Source: an uncultured delta proteobacterium (GTDB taxonomy: Bacteria; Desulfobacterota; Zymogenia; Zymogenales; Zymogenaceae). From it: DNA of 64,000 nucleotides. The position numbers were made by a program, and so were the translations under genes. The stretch is from contig CAWELC010000012.1 in NCBI GenBank assembly GCA_963809875.1, forward strand, positions 16,479 through 80,478. Reading direction: 5' to 3'. Below are positions 8,944-19,359 of the stretch, piece by piece. Below the pieces are notes generated by a model. That model had not been told where the DNA came from. It saw only the letters and a list, made by a program, of their open reading frames with translations, and did not search any database. The stretch's first letter is position 1; each line of letters opens with the position of its first letter.

Positions 8944-10107
8944 ATGCCGGGAAAACGAGTCGAGCGTACTAAGGAAGGCGGCCTTTCGCTTGCAGGGCTG
9001 TTCGGGAGCGTGAACTTCGTCTCGATCGCGGTCGGGATCATCCTTGCCGTCGTGTTGGTGGTCGTGCTGCGCGACCTCGGGTCGATCCTGAAACCGCTGT
9101 TCATCGCGATTTTCCTGTGCATACTCTTTTCCCCGGTCGCGCGTCTCCTCAAGAAAATCCACGTGCCCCGGCCCATCGCCTACCTCATCATCTTTGCCGC
9201 CGTGATCGTCGTCGGCTTCTTTCTCGGCAAGCTCATTGCGCTCAATGTCCAGGCGTTCATGACCAAGCTCCCGGCCTACGAGGTAACTGTCAAGGACGAG
9301 ATTGTTCAGTTCGATGACTGGGTTGGCGGGATTAGGATGCTCAAAGACCTGGGAGTCAGCGATGACATCAAGCTGGCGGAGCTTGACATTGCGGACTATG
9401 TGTCGGCCGCAAAGATTGGAGAATACGCGACGGTAACCCTCGGGTCGCTGATTGAGTTCGTGGGAAATACGCTCGTGGTAATCTTCCTGATGATTTTCAT
9501 CCTGCTGGAAGCCGACCGCTTTCCGGCGCGGCTCAAATACGCCTACGGGGGGCGGCGGTCCAGGAAATACATTGATATGGCGGCCGATATCAACCAGGAT
9601 GTCCTGAAGTACCTCATCATCAAGACCGCGATTGCCGCCGTCGCAGGCGTTATCTTCGCGGGGCTCCTTTCGGCGTGCGGGGTGGAGTTCGCGATCCTCT
9701 GGGGAGTATCGGCCTTCGTGCTCCATTTCATCCCCTACGTGGGCGCGTATGCCGCGATCGTACCGCCGGTTCTGACGGTGCTCGTCCAGTTCTTTCCCTC
9801 GGCGGCGCTTCTGATGCTTGGCGTCTTATCGGCAATACAGTTTCTCCTCGGCAACTACGTGGAGCCGAGGATCATGGGCAGGGAGCTGAAGCTCTCGCCC
9901 CTCTTCATCCTTATGGCACTGGCCTTCTGGGGGTGGCTGTGGGGGTTGGCGGGCGTTTTTCTGGCGGTGCCGATCACGGCAACGATCAAAATCGTCATGG
10001 AGAATTTCCCCGGCACGCAGCCGATCGCCCGGCTCATGAGCGACGTCTCCGAGACGACGATCGTAAAGAAAGACACAAAAGAGAAGATGACGACCGAGGC
10101 CGAATAA
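8944..10107 (+). CDS. AI-2E family transporter (UPF0118/PerM-like), paralog 2
   Basis: LHFIPYVGAYAAI, GNYVEPRIMGRELKLSPLFILMALAFWGWLWGLAGVFLAVPITA. Confidence 0.8.
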   Translation: MPGKRVERTKEGGLSLAGLFGSVNFVSIAVGIILAVVLVVVLRDLGSILKPLFIAIFLCILFSPVARLLKKIHVPRPIAYLIIFAAVIVVGFFLGKLIALNVQAFMTKLPAYEVTVKDEIVQFDDWVGGIRMLKDLGVSDDIKLAELDIADYVSAAKIGEYATVTLGSLIEFVGNTLVVIFLMIFILLEADRFPARLKYAYGGRRSRKYIDMAADINQDVLKYLIIKTAIAAVAGVIFAGLLSACGVEFAILWGVSAFVLHFIPYVGAYAAIVPPVLTVLVQFFPSAALLMLGVLSAIQFLLGNYVEPRIMGRELKLSPLFILMALAFWGWLWGLAGVFLAVPITATIKIVMENFPGTQPIARLMSDVSETTIVKKDTKEKMTTEAE

Positions 10108-10142
10108 GCTCGATGCACGGGGTGCGGAGGGGATGAAAGCGG

Positions 10143-10172
10143 GCGGCGCGATAGACATCGCGCCGCGATTAT
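10143..10172. terminator. Hairpin between convergent genes (probable bidirectional terminator)
   Basis: gcggcgcgat-agac-atcgcgccgc 10-bp perfect stem followed by gattatt. Confidence 0.45.
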
Positions 10173-10188
10173 TGACCGATGAAGGTCG

Positions 10189-11292
10189 TCAGTCCGCAAT
10201 CTCCAGCGGCTGATAGGGCTCCTCGAAATAGCGGTGGTACTTCCTGGGCAGGGTCCGGTAATCGACTCCCCTGGTCTTCTGTTCGATCTTCACCGAGTTA
10301 TAGCTGTTCCAGAAGAGGACGGTCTTGTCCTTCAGCAAACCCGCCCGGGCGTCGTGCGACCATGGCGGCCGCGGTCTTGCCGGTGTAGGTGCCGTCCAGA
10401 ACGATGCCGCTGGTCTCCTTGAAGAGCCTGACGGCGGCCATGCCGTCTCCCGGAAGCATGCGTAGCCCTCGCCGATGCAGTCGTGGAGCACCTCGAGGTT
10501 CTCGGGCCCGATATCGGCCCCGGCAAAGGCGGGCTCGTAGGGGGCCAGGATCCCTGCGGCCTGCCGGGCGAGCTGGCGGGCCTTCGTGAAGCTGGCGTAG
10601 GCCAGGTCGGAAACCCGCCCCGCCTTCACCTTCGTCGGCATGCCGAGGGCCCTGACGCCGAGGGCAAGGCTTGCGGCGGTGCCGGACGAGCCGATGGTAA
10701 CATAGATGAGATCGGGCATGGGCACGAGGCCGTCGTCAATCTGCTGTTTGAGCTCGCAGAGCCCGCTCATCCCTCCGATCACCCCCACGGGGCTCGATCC
10801 ACCGGCGGCTATGATGTAGGGGAACCTGCCGGTGGTCACGAAACAGCGCGCGGAAATCGCCAGGGTCGCCGCCGCGACGGCGGCAGTGTTCGGGAATTCG
10901 TGAAGCTCGGCCCCGATGAGCTTCTGGTAGAGGAGATTTTTCCCGACGTATTTCGCGTTGAGCTGGGGCAGGTGCATGGATATCGGCTTGATCCCCACCC
11001 TCGTGGCAAATACGGCGGTGGCCAGGGTGAAGTTGGAGCCGGCGTAACCGAAGGCTATGGTGTGGCGCGCCCTCTTTGCCAGCGCGTCGCCCAGGATGAA
11101 TTCGAGCTTCCTGACCTTATTGCCGCCGTAGACGTCCGAGCTCTTGTCGTCGCGCTTGATGAAGAGCTTGGCTATCCCCAGCTCCTTTTCGAGACGGCCC
11201 AAACGCTCGACGGGGGTAGGGTAGGTGCCGAAGTCGTGATGGGGGATCTTTCCGGTCAGCGCGGGAAACGCCGTGAACAGCGGGTTGGTCAT
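10189..11292 (-). pseudogene. PLP-dependent D-cysteine desulfhydrase / ACC deaminase family enzyme with an internal out-of-frame segment (-1 then +1; possible sequence error)
   Basis: YPTPVERL, KRDDKSSDVYGGNKVRKLEFIL, GGSSPVG. Between ~10352 and ~10463 the ORF frame reads nonsense (RETAWPPSGSSRRPAASFWTAPTPARPRPPW). Another frame gives the conserved LPGDGMAAVRLFKETSGIVLDGTYTGKTAAAMV. Confidence 0.7.
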
Positions 11293-11383
11293 GGAAGCTC
11301 CTTACCTCTTTTGGATATCCTAGCGTCTTTGCCGGAAAATTGCAAGCCGTTTTTCCTTGACACGGGCAGACGATGGGGAGAGT

Positions 11384-12283
11384 ATGAGCGACATGAAAAA
11401 AATCGTGATATTCATCCTGCTTGCCTCGATCGCGGCCGCGTGGGGCTGTGCCGCGTTCACACCGAGGCCGGCGGTCTACAAGAATGACGCGCTCAACGAG
11501 GTCTTCTGGGCCGACGAGACGTTTGCCGCCGAGCTGGCCCGAATCCCGGGCGTGAACACACCCACATCTCCGCTTGCCGCGGGACTGCCTGCCCTCTGGG
11601 CCGACTATCGGAGCGGAGGCTACAAGGACGCGTTTGAGAAGATCCTCGGCACCCCAAACCCCGAGGCCCGGGCCTACTGCGCCCCCCTCGAGGCGATCCT
11701 GTGGCTCTATGCCGATAACCCCGCGTCCGCCCGGGAGCTCCTGGCCGACTACGACCTGGAACGGCTCCTGGCGGCGTCATGGGGGGGATGCACAGGGAGC
11801 CGCTGGGACGAGTGGGAGGAGATCCGCGCGCGCCTCTCGGTCCCGGCGCTGTGCGCCTACTACACGAAAAAGGCCCTCAAGTATATCCCCGAGCGCAACG
11901 ACGGCAAGAACTACCTGCAGTCGCCCTATGAAACGATCCTCATGAAGGGCGGGGACTGCGAGGATTTTGCCGCGCTGATCGTCGAGGCCCTCGAGTACGG
12001 GGGCTGGTATGCCCGCCTCTTTACCGTGGATATCTCCCGAGATATGAAGAAGCTCCCGGATTCTCACACGGTGGCATGCTACCGGGACGGGGGCAAATGG
12101 TATTTTATCCAGGGGTACGACGGGAAGTTCCTTGCCGGTGGGGTGACCGGTCCCTTTGACCAGGCCAACGACATGGCCGATCATATCGCCGGCAGCATCG
12201 GAGGGGAGACCTACTATTTCTATATCGATACGGTCCTCGAGTTTATCAAGGCCTATCAGCCCCTCAACCGGGGAAGGCCCTGA
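11384..12283 (+). CDS. Lipoprotein with transglutaminase-like cysteine-protease core
   Basis: Lipobox (LLASIAAAWGC). GGDCEDFAALIVEAL ... DSHTVACY (Cys/His core). SD ggggag upstream of the ATG at 11384. Confidence 0.55.
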   Translation: MSDMKKIVIFILLASIAAAWGCAAFTPRPAVYKNDALNEVFWADETFAAELARIPGVNTPTSPLAAGLPALWADYRSGGYKDAFEKILGTPNPEARAYCAPLEAILWLYADNPASARELLADYDLERLLAASWGGCTGSRWDEWEEIRARLSVPALCAYYTKKALKYIPERNDGKNYLQSPYETILMKGGDCEDFAALIVEALEYGGWYARLFTVDISRDMKKLPDSHTVACYRDGGKWYFIQGYDGKFLAGGVTGPFDQANDMADHIAGSIGGETYYFYIDTVLEFIKAYQPLNRGRP

Positions 12284-12288
12284 AATGA

Positions 12289-12313
12289 CGCGAGGGGCGT
12301 TGCGCCCCTCGCG
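12289..12313. terminator. Perfect 11-bp hairpin between convergent genes
   Basis: cgcgaggggcg-ttg-cgcccctcgcg. No strong T-tract, so its terminator function is uncertain. Confidence 0.35.
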
Positions 12314-12408
12314 GTATCGTTGTCTGCCCGGCCGTCACGTCGGCGGGCGGCTCCCATTGCTCCCCATTGCCGATGACCCGCTCGGATCTTTCATTCCTTT
12401 TCGGCTCG

Positions 12409-13224
12409 TTACTTTCCGGTGAATTTAGGGTCGCGTTTTTCCATTTTGGCCGTGAGCCCCTCCCTGACGTCCTGGGTTCCCACGAGGCTGGTCTGGGCGA
12501 CCCCCTCCAGGTCCATGAAGCTCCTGATATCCAGCGTCTGGCCGAGGTTGATAACCCGTTTGGCAAGCCCCACGGCCAGGGGTGCGTTCTTGTTGAGCGT
12601 ATCGGCCAGCGCCAGCGCCCCTTCGAAGGCGTCGCCGACCACCTCGTTGAAGAGCTGGATGGCGTGGGCCTCACGGGCGTCGATGATCTTGGCCGTCATG
12701 ATGAGCTCCTTGGCCTTGATGGGTCCGATAAGCTTGGTGAGCCGGGAGGTTCCCCCCACGTCGGGGATGAACCCCACGGCCGTCTCCTGGATGCCGATCT
12801 TCGTCCCTTCCTGGCCGATACGGAAGTCACCGGAGAGGATAAGCTCGGTGGCCATTCCAAAGCAGAAGCCGTGGACCGCAAAGATGACCGGCTTTTCGAT
12901 GTCATAGATCAGGTTGACCACGTCCTGCATCACCCGGATGATCTTGCGGGCGAGAGGAGGGGAGGCGTCCAGGAGTCCCGTGCCGGCCAGCGCCGCGAAG
13001 TCGACCCCGGCCGAAAATCCCTTGCCCACCCCCCTGACGACGATGGATCGGATCTCGGGGTCGGTATACACGGAATCGACGGCGTCCCTGATGCCGAACA
13101 TCATGTCGCCGTTCAGCGCGTTTCGTTTTTCGGGGCGGTCAAGCGTGATGATGAGGGTGGGGCCTCTTCGCTCCGTGGTAACCTTTGACCTGTCATAGTC
13201 TTTGTCGTTGAGAAAATCGGACAT
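12409..13224 (-). CDS. Enoyl-CoA hydratase/isomerase (crotonase) family protein
   Basis: ITLDRPEKRNAL, FSAGVDF, VHGFCFGMATELILSGDFRI. The ATG at 13224 (MSDFLND) is preferred over 13254. Confidence 0.8.
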   Translation of the reverse strand: MSDFLNDKDYDRSKVTTERRGPTLIITLDRPEKRNALNGDMMFGIRDAVDSVYTDPEIRSIVVRGVGKGFSAGVDFAALAGTGLLDASPPLARKIIRVMQDVVNLIYDIEKPVIFAVHGFCFGMATELILSGDFRIGQEGTKIGIQETAVGFIPDVGGTSRLTKLIGPIKAKELIMTAKIIDAREAHAIQLFNEVVGDAFEGALALADTLNKNAPLAVGLAKRVINLGQTLDIRSFMDLEGVAQTSLVGTQDVREGLTAKMEKRDPKFTGK

Positions 13225-13359
13225 GTGCGCCTCCTTGTGAAGTGGTGAAGTCAACCGTCGCGCGACAGCCGCCGGGCAGTCCCTTCGTATCTATGGGAGT
13301 GATATACCAGTTTTTTGCCCTCGCTGTCAAGCACTCAACCCGTCTGCGATCTTTTTGAC

Positions 13360-13388
13360 TTGACAAACCGCGCTTTCGTTGTTATTTT
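13360..13388 (+). promoter_or_regulatory. Sigma70-like promoter of the hrcA operon
   Basis: TTGACA (13360-13365), 17-nt spacer, TATTTT (13383-13388). The predicted transcription start falls at the first bases of CIRCE. Confidence 0.4.
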
Positions 13389-13394
13389 GAACTA

Positions 13395-13421
13395 TTAGCA
13401 CTCTTGCGCATGGAGTGCTAA
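13395..13421. promoter_or_regulatory. CIRCE operator (HrcA binding site)
   Basis: Perfect TTAGCACTC-N9-GAGTGCTAA immediately upstream of hrcA. Confidence 0.9.
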
Positions 13422-13444
13422 AAGCGTTTGAGGAGAACAATGGT

Positions 13445-14482
13445 ATGGAGATAGAACTGAGCAACAGGGCAAAGGCCGTCCTCTTTACCATTATCACGGA
13501 CTTTATCAGGACGGGCGATCCGGTGGGCTCCCGGACAATATCAAAAAGGGGAGCACTGGACGTTTCTCCGGCCACCATCCGCAATATCATGGCCGACCTC
13601 GAGGAGATCGGGCTCCTGGTTCAGCCCCACACCTCCGCGGGTCGGGTCCCCACCGAGCGGGCGTATCGTTTCTACGTCGACAGTCTCGTGAAAGTCTCGG
13701 ACCTGACCCTGGACGAAGAGCGGATGATAGAGATGAACCTGAATCCGCCCACCAGGGAGCTCAAAGACGTCGTCAGGGAGACCTCCCGGGTCCTCTCGGA
13801 GATGTCCCGGTGCGTATCGATGGTAAGCACCCCCGGTTTCTCGGAGACGAAATTCAAATATATCGATTTCGTGAAGCTTTCCGAAAACAGGATCCTTGCC
13901 ATCCTCGTATCGAAGACGGGCATGATATATAACAAGCTGATCCCGGTCGAGGATGAATTCAACCAGGAGAAGCTCGCCTGGATGTCGCGCTATCTCAACG
14001 ACGTCCTGTCGGATCTGACGCTCAAAGAGGTCAGGCGCAAGATTGTCCAGGAGATGCAGAGCGAGAAGAACCTCTATGACAACATCCTGATACATGCCTT
14101 GAGGATGTCCAGCAACGTGTTCGAGACCGAAATCGGCGATGACGAGCTCTTCATCGAAGGGAGCACCTACATCTTCGACTACCCGGAATTCACCGATATC
14201 ACGAAGATGAAAGAGATATTCAAGACCTTCGAGAATAAGAGTAACCTGATAAAGCTGCTTGATAAGGTGACGCGGGCCGAAGGGGTCAAGGTATACATCG
14301 GCTCGGAGACAAAGATCCAGACCATGAGGGATTGCACCCTCGTGGCCTCACCTTACCGTAAAGAGGGAAACATCCTGGGGAGCATCGGCGTTATCGGTCC
14401 CACCCGAATGGACTACGCCAAGGTGATCCCGATCGTCGATTTTACCGCGCACCTGATCACGAGAATCCTGGACGAGGAGTAA
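13445..14482 (+). CDS. hrcA: Heat-inducible transcription repressor HrcA
   Basis: N-terminal winged-helix region (VLFTIITDFIRTGDPVGSRTISK, ATIRNIMADLEEIGLL). First gene of the hrcA-grpE-dnaK-dnaJ order. SD gaggag upstream of the ATG at 13445. Confidence 0.9.
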   Translation: MEIELSNRAKAVLFTIITDFIRTGDPVGSRTISKRGALDVSPATIRNIMADLEEIGLLVQPHTSAGRVPTERAYRFYVDSLVKVSDLTLDEERMIEMNLNPPTRELKDVVRETSRVLSEMSRCVSMVSTPGFSETKFKYIDFVKLSENRILAILVSKTGMIYNKLIPVEDEFNQEKLAWMSRYLNDVLSDLTLKEVRRKIVQEMQSEKNLYDNILIHALRMSSNVFETEIGDDELFIEGSTYIFDYPEFTDITKMKEIFKTFENKSNLIKLLDKVTRAEGVKVYIGSETKIQTMRDCTLVASPYRKEGNILGSIGVIGPTRMDYAKVIPIVDFTAHLITRILDEE

Positions 14483-14489
14483 CCGGAGT

Positions 14490-15257
14490 ATGGCAGACAA
14501 AGATAAGAAAGGGCACCATCCAGAGCCGGGGAAAGGGCCCTATACCGACGAGGTATCTCAGGAAACGATAGACGAGATGGTGTCCGAGATCGAAGGTGAC
14601 GGGGCCGCCGATGAGACCGATACGGACGGGGGCCCGACCATGGATAGGCACGGGGCCGGCAAGGGCAGAAAGGACGATCACCGGGGCCGCCACGAGCCGG
14701 GCGACGAGATCGCCAAGGCCAAAGAGGAGGCCAGGGAAGCGTACGAGCGCTACCTCAGGGCCGCGGCGGACCTGGACAACTTCAAGAAGCGGATGCTCAA
14801 AGAAACGGAGGAATTCCGGAAGTTCGCCAATGAGGAGCTGATCAAGACGCTGTTGCCTACCGTGGATAACCTCGAGCGCGCAATCGCCCACGGCGAGGGC
14901 AACTCGGACCCGGCGGCGCTGATGGAAGGGATCAGAATGGTCCATAAGCAGCTCATGGATACCCTCACGAAATTCGGCGTCGAGCCGATCGACTCATTGG
15001 GCAAGACGTTCGATCCGAATTTTCATCAGGCACTCATGCAGGTCAAGACAAACGAGTCCCCCCCCAACACCGTCGTCACCGAGATAACCAAGGGCTACCT
15101 TATGAACGGCCGCCTCATCAGGCCGTCGATGGTCGGGGTCTCGGCGAGGCAGGGTGACGGTCCCGGGCAGGAGTCGCCCTGGGGGAACGAGGAATTTCAG
15201 GACGAGGAAGATGTCCCCAACGCGAAGAACGGGGATCCAATAGATGATACGGAATAA
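14490..15257 (+). CDS. grpE: Nucleotide exchange factor GrpE
   Basis: DLDNFKKRM, LLPTVDNLERA, GYLMNGRLIRPSMV. Long acidic N- and C-terminal extensions. Confidence 0.9.
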   Translation: MADKDKKGHHPEPGKGPYTDEVSQETIDEMVSEIEGDGAADETDTDGGPTMDRHGAGKGRKDDHRGRHEPGDEIAKAKEEAREAYERYLRAAADLDNFKKRMLKETEEFRKFANEELIKTLLPTVDNLERAIAHGEGNSDPAALMEGIRMVHKQLMDTLTKFGVEPIDSLGKTFDPNFHQALMQVKTNESPPNTVVTEITKGYLMNGRLIRPSMVGVSARQGDGPGQESPWGNEEFQDEEDVPNAKNGDPIDDTE

Positions 15258-15293
15258 TAAGAGAGGCAATCCCGACGACGAAGGAGGAAGGAG

Positions 15294-17225
15294 ATGTCAA
15301 AGGTTATCGGAATAGATTTGGGGACGACCAATTCGTGCGTCGCCGTTATGGAGGCCGGTGAGTCCAAGGTGATCACCAATTCAGAGGGGAGCCGCACCAC
15401 CCCTTCCGTTGTCGCCTTTACCGACAGCAACGAGAGGATCGTGGGTCAGGTCGCCAAGAGACAGGCGATCACCAACCCCACGCGCACGATATATGCCGTC
15501 AAGCGCCTAATCGGCAGGAAATACGAGGACGCGGAAGTACAGAAGGACATCAAGATCTGCTCCTACAAGATCACGAGGGCGACTAACGACGACGCCCAGG
15601 TCACCGTCGGGGACAAGAACTTCAGCCCCGCGGAGATATCGGCGATGATCCTCACGAAGATGAAGCAGACCGCCGAAGACTACCTCGGCGAACCGGTCAC
15701 GGACGCGGTGGTAACCGTTCCCGCATACTTCAACGACAGCCAGCGACAGGCCACTAAAGACGCCGGAAGGATCGCGGGGCTCAACGTGCTCAGGATCATC
15801 AACGAGCCGACCGCGGCTTCGCTGGCCTACGGGCTGGACAAGAAGAAGGAGGAGAAGATCGCCGTCTTCGATCTCGGGGGCGGCACGTTTGATATCTCCA
15901 TCCTCGAGCTGGGCGACGGCGTCTTCGAGGTGAAGTCCACCAACGGCGACACCCACCTCGGCGGCGAGGACTTCGACCAGAACATCATTGAATACCTTGC
16001 CGATGAATTCAAGAAGGATCAGGGGATCGACCTGCGGGGAGACAAGATGGCGCTTCAGCGCCTCAAGGAGGCCGCCGAGAAGGCAAAGATGGAGCTTTCC
16101 ACCTCTATGGAAACCGACATCAACCTCCCGTTCATCACCGCCGACAGCGCCGGGCCCAAACACCTCAACATCAAGCTGACCCGGGCCAAGCTCGAGGCGC
16201 TTGTGGATAACCTCATCCAGAAGCTTGAAGGACCCTGCCGCACAGCCATCAAGGATGCGGCGCTGTCGGCGAGCGATATCGACGAGGTGATCCTCGTGGG
16301 CGGAATGACCCGCATGCCCAAGGTTCAGCAGAAGGTCAAGGATATCTTCGGCAAAGAGCCGCACCGGGGGGTCAATCCTGACGAAGTCGTGGCCATGGGC
16401 GCGGCCATCCAGGGAGGGGTGCTCAGGGGCGAGGTCAAGGACGTCCTGCTGTTGGACGTCACCCCCCTGTCGCTGGGCATCGAGACCCTCGGCGGCGTCT
16501 CCACCAAGCTCATCGAGAAGAATACCACCATTCCCACCAAGAAGAGCCAGATCTTCTCCACCGCCGCGGACAGCCAGACGGCGGTTTCGATCCACGTGCT
16601 CCAGGGGGAGCGGGATATGGCGTCCGACAACAAGACTATCGGCAGGTTTGACCTGGTGGGCATCCCGCCGGCACCGCGCGGCATCCCCCAGATCGAGGTC
16701 ACCTTTGATATCGACGCCAATGGGATCATGCACGTTTCCGCCAAGGACCTCGGCACGGGCAAGGAGCAGTCGATCAGGATTACGGCCTCGAGCGGCCTTT
16801 CGGAACAGGAGATCCAGCAGCTCGTGAAAGACGCCGAGTCCCACGCCGAAGAGGATAAGAAGAAGCGGGAGGTGGCGGAGGCGCGAAATACGGCCGACGG
16901 GCTGGTCTATACCACGGAAAAATCGCTCGCGGAATTCTCGAGCAAGGTAGATCCGGCGGTCAAGAAAGACGTCGAAGATGCCCTCGCGAAGGTGAAAAAG
17001 GCGATGGAAGGGACCGACGCCGAGGCCATAAAGTCGGCCACCGATGAGCTCACCAAGGCCTCCCACAAGCTTGCCGAGATGATCTATGCCCAGGCCGCTT
17101 CGAGCGCCGGTCCGCAGGGTCCTGAAGCGGGTCCGGGGCCGGGGGAGGCGCCGGGCGGTGCCGGGTCCAAGCCCGCAGGCGGGGACGACGTGGTCGACGC
17201 GGATTTTGAAGAAGTCAAGAAATAG
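15294..17225 (+). CDS. dnaK: Molecular chaperone DnaK (Hsp70)
   Basis: [27 protein letters not shown]. 643 aa. Confidence 0.98.
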   Translation: MSKVIGIDLGTTNSCVAVMEAGESKVITNSEGSRTTPSVVAFTDSNERIVGQVAKRQAITNPTRTIYAVKRLIGRKYEDAEVQKDIKICSYKITRATNDDAQVTVGDKNFSPAEISAMILTKMKQTAEDYLGEPVTDAVVTVPAYFNDSQRQATKDAGRIAGLNVLRIINEPTAASLAYGLDKKKEEKIAVFDLGGGTFDISILELGDGVFEVKSTNGDTHLGGEDFDQNIIEYLADEFKKDQGIDLRGDKMALQRLKEAAEKAKMELSTSMETDINLPFITADSAGPKHLNIKLTRAKLEALVDNLIQKLEGPCRTAIKDAALSASDIDEVILVGGMTRMPKVQQKVKDIFGKEPHRGVNPDEVVAMGAAIQGGVLRGEVKDVLLLDVTPLSLGIETLGGVSTKLIEKNTTIPTKKSQIFSTAADSQTAVSIHVLQGERDMASDNKTIGRFDLVGIPPAPRGIPQIEVTFDIDANGIMHVSAKDLGTGKEQSIRITASSGLSEQEIQQLVKDAESHAEEDKKKREVAEARNTADGLVYTTEKSLAEFSSKVDPAVKKDVEDALAKVKKAMEGTDAEAIKSATDELTKASHKLAEMIYAQAASSAGPQGPEAGPGPGEAPGGAGSKPAGGDDVVDADFEEVKK

Positions 17226-17350
17226 ACTGAGCCCGCGGAGCGCCGGTCGACTCGCGGGTTGGATCAGCGTTCTATTTCAATTCAGTTCCCGCCGATAGCG
17301 GGGGAACGAAGAACCGTCCGCATGGCAAAGGGAGGGGAGAGACGAGCACG

Positions 17351-18463
17351 GTGGAAAAAACCGACTACTATGATGTCCTCGGCGTCCAGAGGAATGTCGA
17401 GCAGGATGAGATAAAGAAGGCCTATCGGAAACAGGCCCTCAAGTACCACCCCGACAAGAACTCCGGCGACAAGGGGGCGGAAGAGCGGTTCAAGGAGATC
17501 AACGAGGCCTACGTTGTCCTATCCGATCCGGAAAAACGGGAGCTCTACGACCGCTACGGTCACGCGGCCTTTACAGGCGGAGGGGCGGGCGGTTTTCGGG
17601 ATTTCGATTTCGGTTTCAGGGGATTTGAGGATATCTTCTCGGACGTCTTCGGCGATATCTTCGGCGCGGGCCGCAGGGGAGGGCGTGGAGCCCGCGGCCC
17701 CGATTTGCGATATCACCTGACCATCGATTTTACCGAAGCTATCTTCGGTGTAGAGGCCAAGATCCAGGTGCCGCGCCACGAGACGTGCCGGCACTGCGAC
17801 GGGAGCGGGGCGGAGCCTCCCACCCGGCCCGAGACGTGTCCCAACTGCCGCGGCACGGGCCAGATCAGGACCCAGCAGGGGTTCTTCGCCGTTTCGCGGA
17901 CCTGCTCTCACTGCCGGGGCACGGGCCGAATCATCAAGAGCCCATGCAAGGAGTGCCGCGGCTCCGGCAGCGTGAAAGAGACCCGGACCCTGACGGTCAA
18001 AGTGCCCCATGGCGTGGAGACGGGCACCCGCCTCAGGCTTTCCGGGGAGGGCGAGAAAGGGAACGGCGGGGCGCCGCCGGGCGATCTTTACGTCGTCATC
18101 GAGGTCAGGCCGCATCCTATCTTTACGCGGGAAGGAAGCGAGATCATCGTGGTGGTTCCGATCACGTTTCCGGAGGCGGCACTCGGGGCCGAGATCGAGG
18201 TGCCGAGCATCGAGGGCCTCGTGAAGATAAAGATCAAGCCCGGCACGCAATCGGGAGAGACTCATCTCCTCAGGGGCAAGGGGGTCCCGCACCTGTCGGG
18301 CCACGGGCGCGGTGATCAGCACGTCATCGTTCGCGTGGAGACGCCCACAAAGCTGAATCGGCGGCAGCGGGAGCTGCTCGAGGAGTTTTCACTGGAAAAC
18401 CGCGAGGAAACACACCCCCAGACGCGGGGATTCTTCGAAAAGGTCAAACAGATATTTCAATAA
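17351..18463 (+). CDS. dnaJ: Molecular chaperone DnaJ
   Basis: J domain with YHPDKN, G/F-rich region, four CxxCxGxG motifs. GTG start. Confidence 0.95.
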   Translation: MEKTDYYDVLGVQRNVEQDEIKKAYRKQALKYHPDKNSGDKGAEERFKEINEAYVVLSDPEKRELYDRYGHAAFTGGGAGGFRDFDFGFRGFEDIFSDVFGDIFGAGRRGGRGARGPDLRYHLTIDFTEAIFGVEAKIQVPRHETCRHCDGSGAEPPTRPETCPNCRGTGQIRTQQGFFAVSRTCSHCRGTGRIIKSPCKECRGSGSVKETRTLTVKVPHGVETGTRLRLSGEGEKGNGGAPPGDLYVVIEVRPHPIFTREGSEIIVVVPITFPEAALGAEIEVPSIEGLVKIKIKPGTQSGETHLLRGKGVPHLSGHGRGDQHVIVRVETPTKLNRRQRELLEEFSLENREETHPQTRGFFEKVKQIFQ

Positions 18464-18543
18464 AAGGCCAAAGCAGGCCGTGCCGTCCACGCGCGGACCG
18501 GCCTCGGAAGATACGGGGTCGGGTCAAGGCGCCGTTCCCGAAA

Positions 18544-18574
18544 CAAAAAAAGCCGCTCTGCGAGAGCGGCTTTT
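18544..18574. terminator. Bidirectional rho-independent terminator (dnaJ / convergent TPR gene)
   Basis: A-tract, agccgctct-gcg-agagcggct stem-loop, T-tract. Confidence 0.7.
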
Positions 18575-18594
18575 GCGCATAAAACGACGTTATT

Positions 18595-19299
18595 TCAGGG
18601 CTCCAGCATCTTCAGATAGAGCGCCGCGATCTTGTTGCCGGGCTCCGATTTCATGACCTTGGTGAGGATATCCTTTGCCTCCTTTTTCTTGCCCATCTTG
18701 AAGTAGCAGAGGGCCAGGGAGAGGAAGGCGGGGGTATAATCGGGCCGTTCGGAGGCGGCGCGTTTGAGGTGGACGAGCGCGTCGTCATATTTTCGGGAGT
18801 CCCTCAGCGCGATGCCCAGTTTGGTCCTGATATCAACGAAATCGGGATTCAGCGCCAGCGCCTTCGTATACTCTTCTATCGCCTCCTCGTACATGCCGTA
18901 CGACAGATAGACGTCGCCGACGTCCTTATGGAGGTTGGAGAGCTTTCCGAGGGAAAAGGGATCAAGCCCCTTGGGAGACACCTTGGTCTGCGCCCTGGCC
19001 TGGGCGTCAAGATAGACCGCCTTGGCCTTATCCAACAGGCCCATGTCATTATAGATCACGGCCAGATTCATGGACGCGTCGGTGTAGTTCGGGTTGATCT
19101 CCAGCGCTCTCTCGAATGATTGGACCGCCTTTTCGTACTTTCCCTCCTGATGGTAGATGATCCCGAGCATATTGTAGACGTCGGCAAAGTCAAAACCCGA
19201 CTGGATCACCTGATTCAGGTATTGCTCGGCCTTTTTGTAATCCTGGTGCTCGAAGGCCTCTTTTCCCAACCAGTAGTTATTATTTTCGGCTTTGTCCAT
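18595..19299 (-). CDS. Tetratricopeptide repeat protein
   Basis: Repeated TPR consensus (A..Y..AL.L.P....A...LG). Confidence 0.7.
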   Translation of the reverse strand: MDKAENNNYWLGKEAFEHQDYKKAEQYLNQVIQSGFDFADVYNMLGIIYHQEGKYEKAVQSFERALEINPNYTDASMNLAVIYNDMGLLDKAKAVYLDAQARAQTKVSPKGLDPFSLGKLSNLHKDVGDVYLSYGMYEEAIEEYTKALALNPDFVDIRTKLGIALRDSRKYDDALVHLKRAASERPDYTPAFLSLALCYFKMGKKKEAKDILTKVMKSEPGNKIAALYLKMLEP

Positions 19300-19359
19300 T
19301 TCTCCTCTACCTGGAGTTCCCGTGTGGGCGGAAGTCCTTTTCCGGTAATGCCGGCCTTC

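Noticed and set aside
17226-17350. Imperfect hairpins between dnaK and dnaJ as a distinct regulatory RNA.
   Set aside because: The stems are short and imperfect (cccgcg/cgcggg; gttcccgc/gcgggggaac) and lack a T-tract. They are consistent with a weak attenuator or processing site at most, which is not enough to call.
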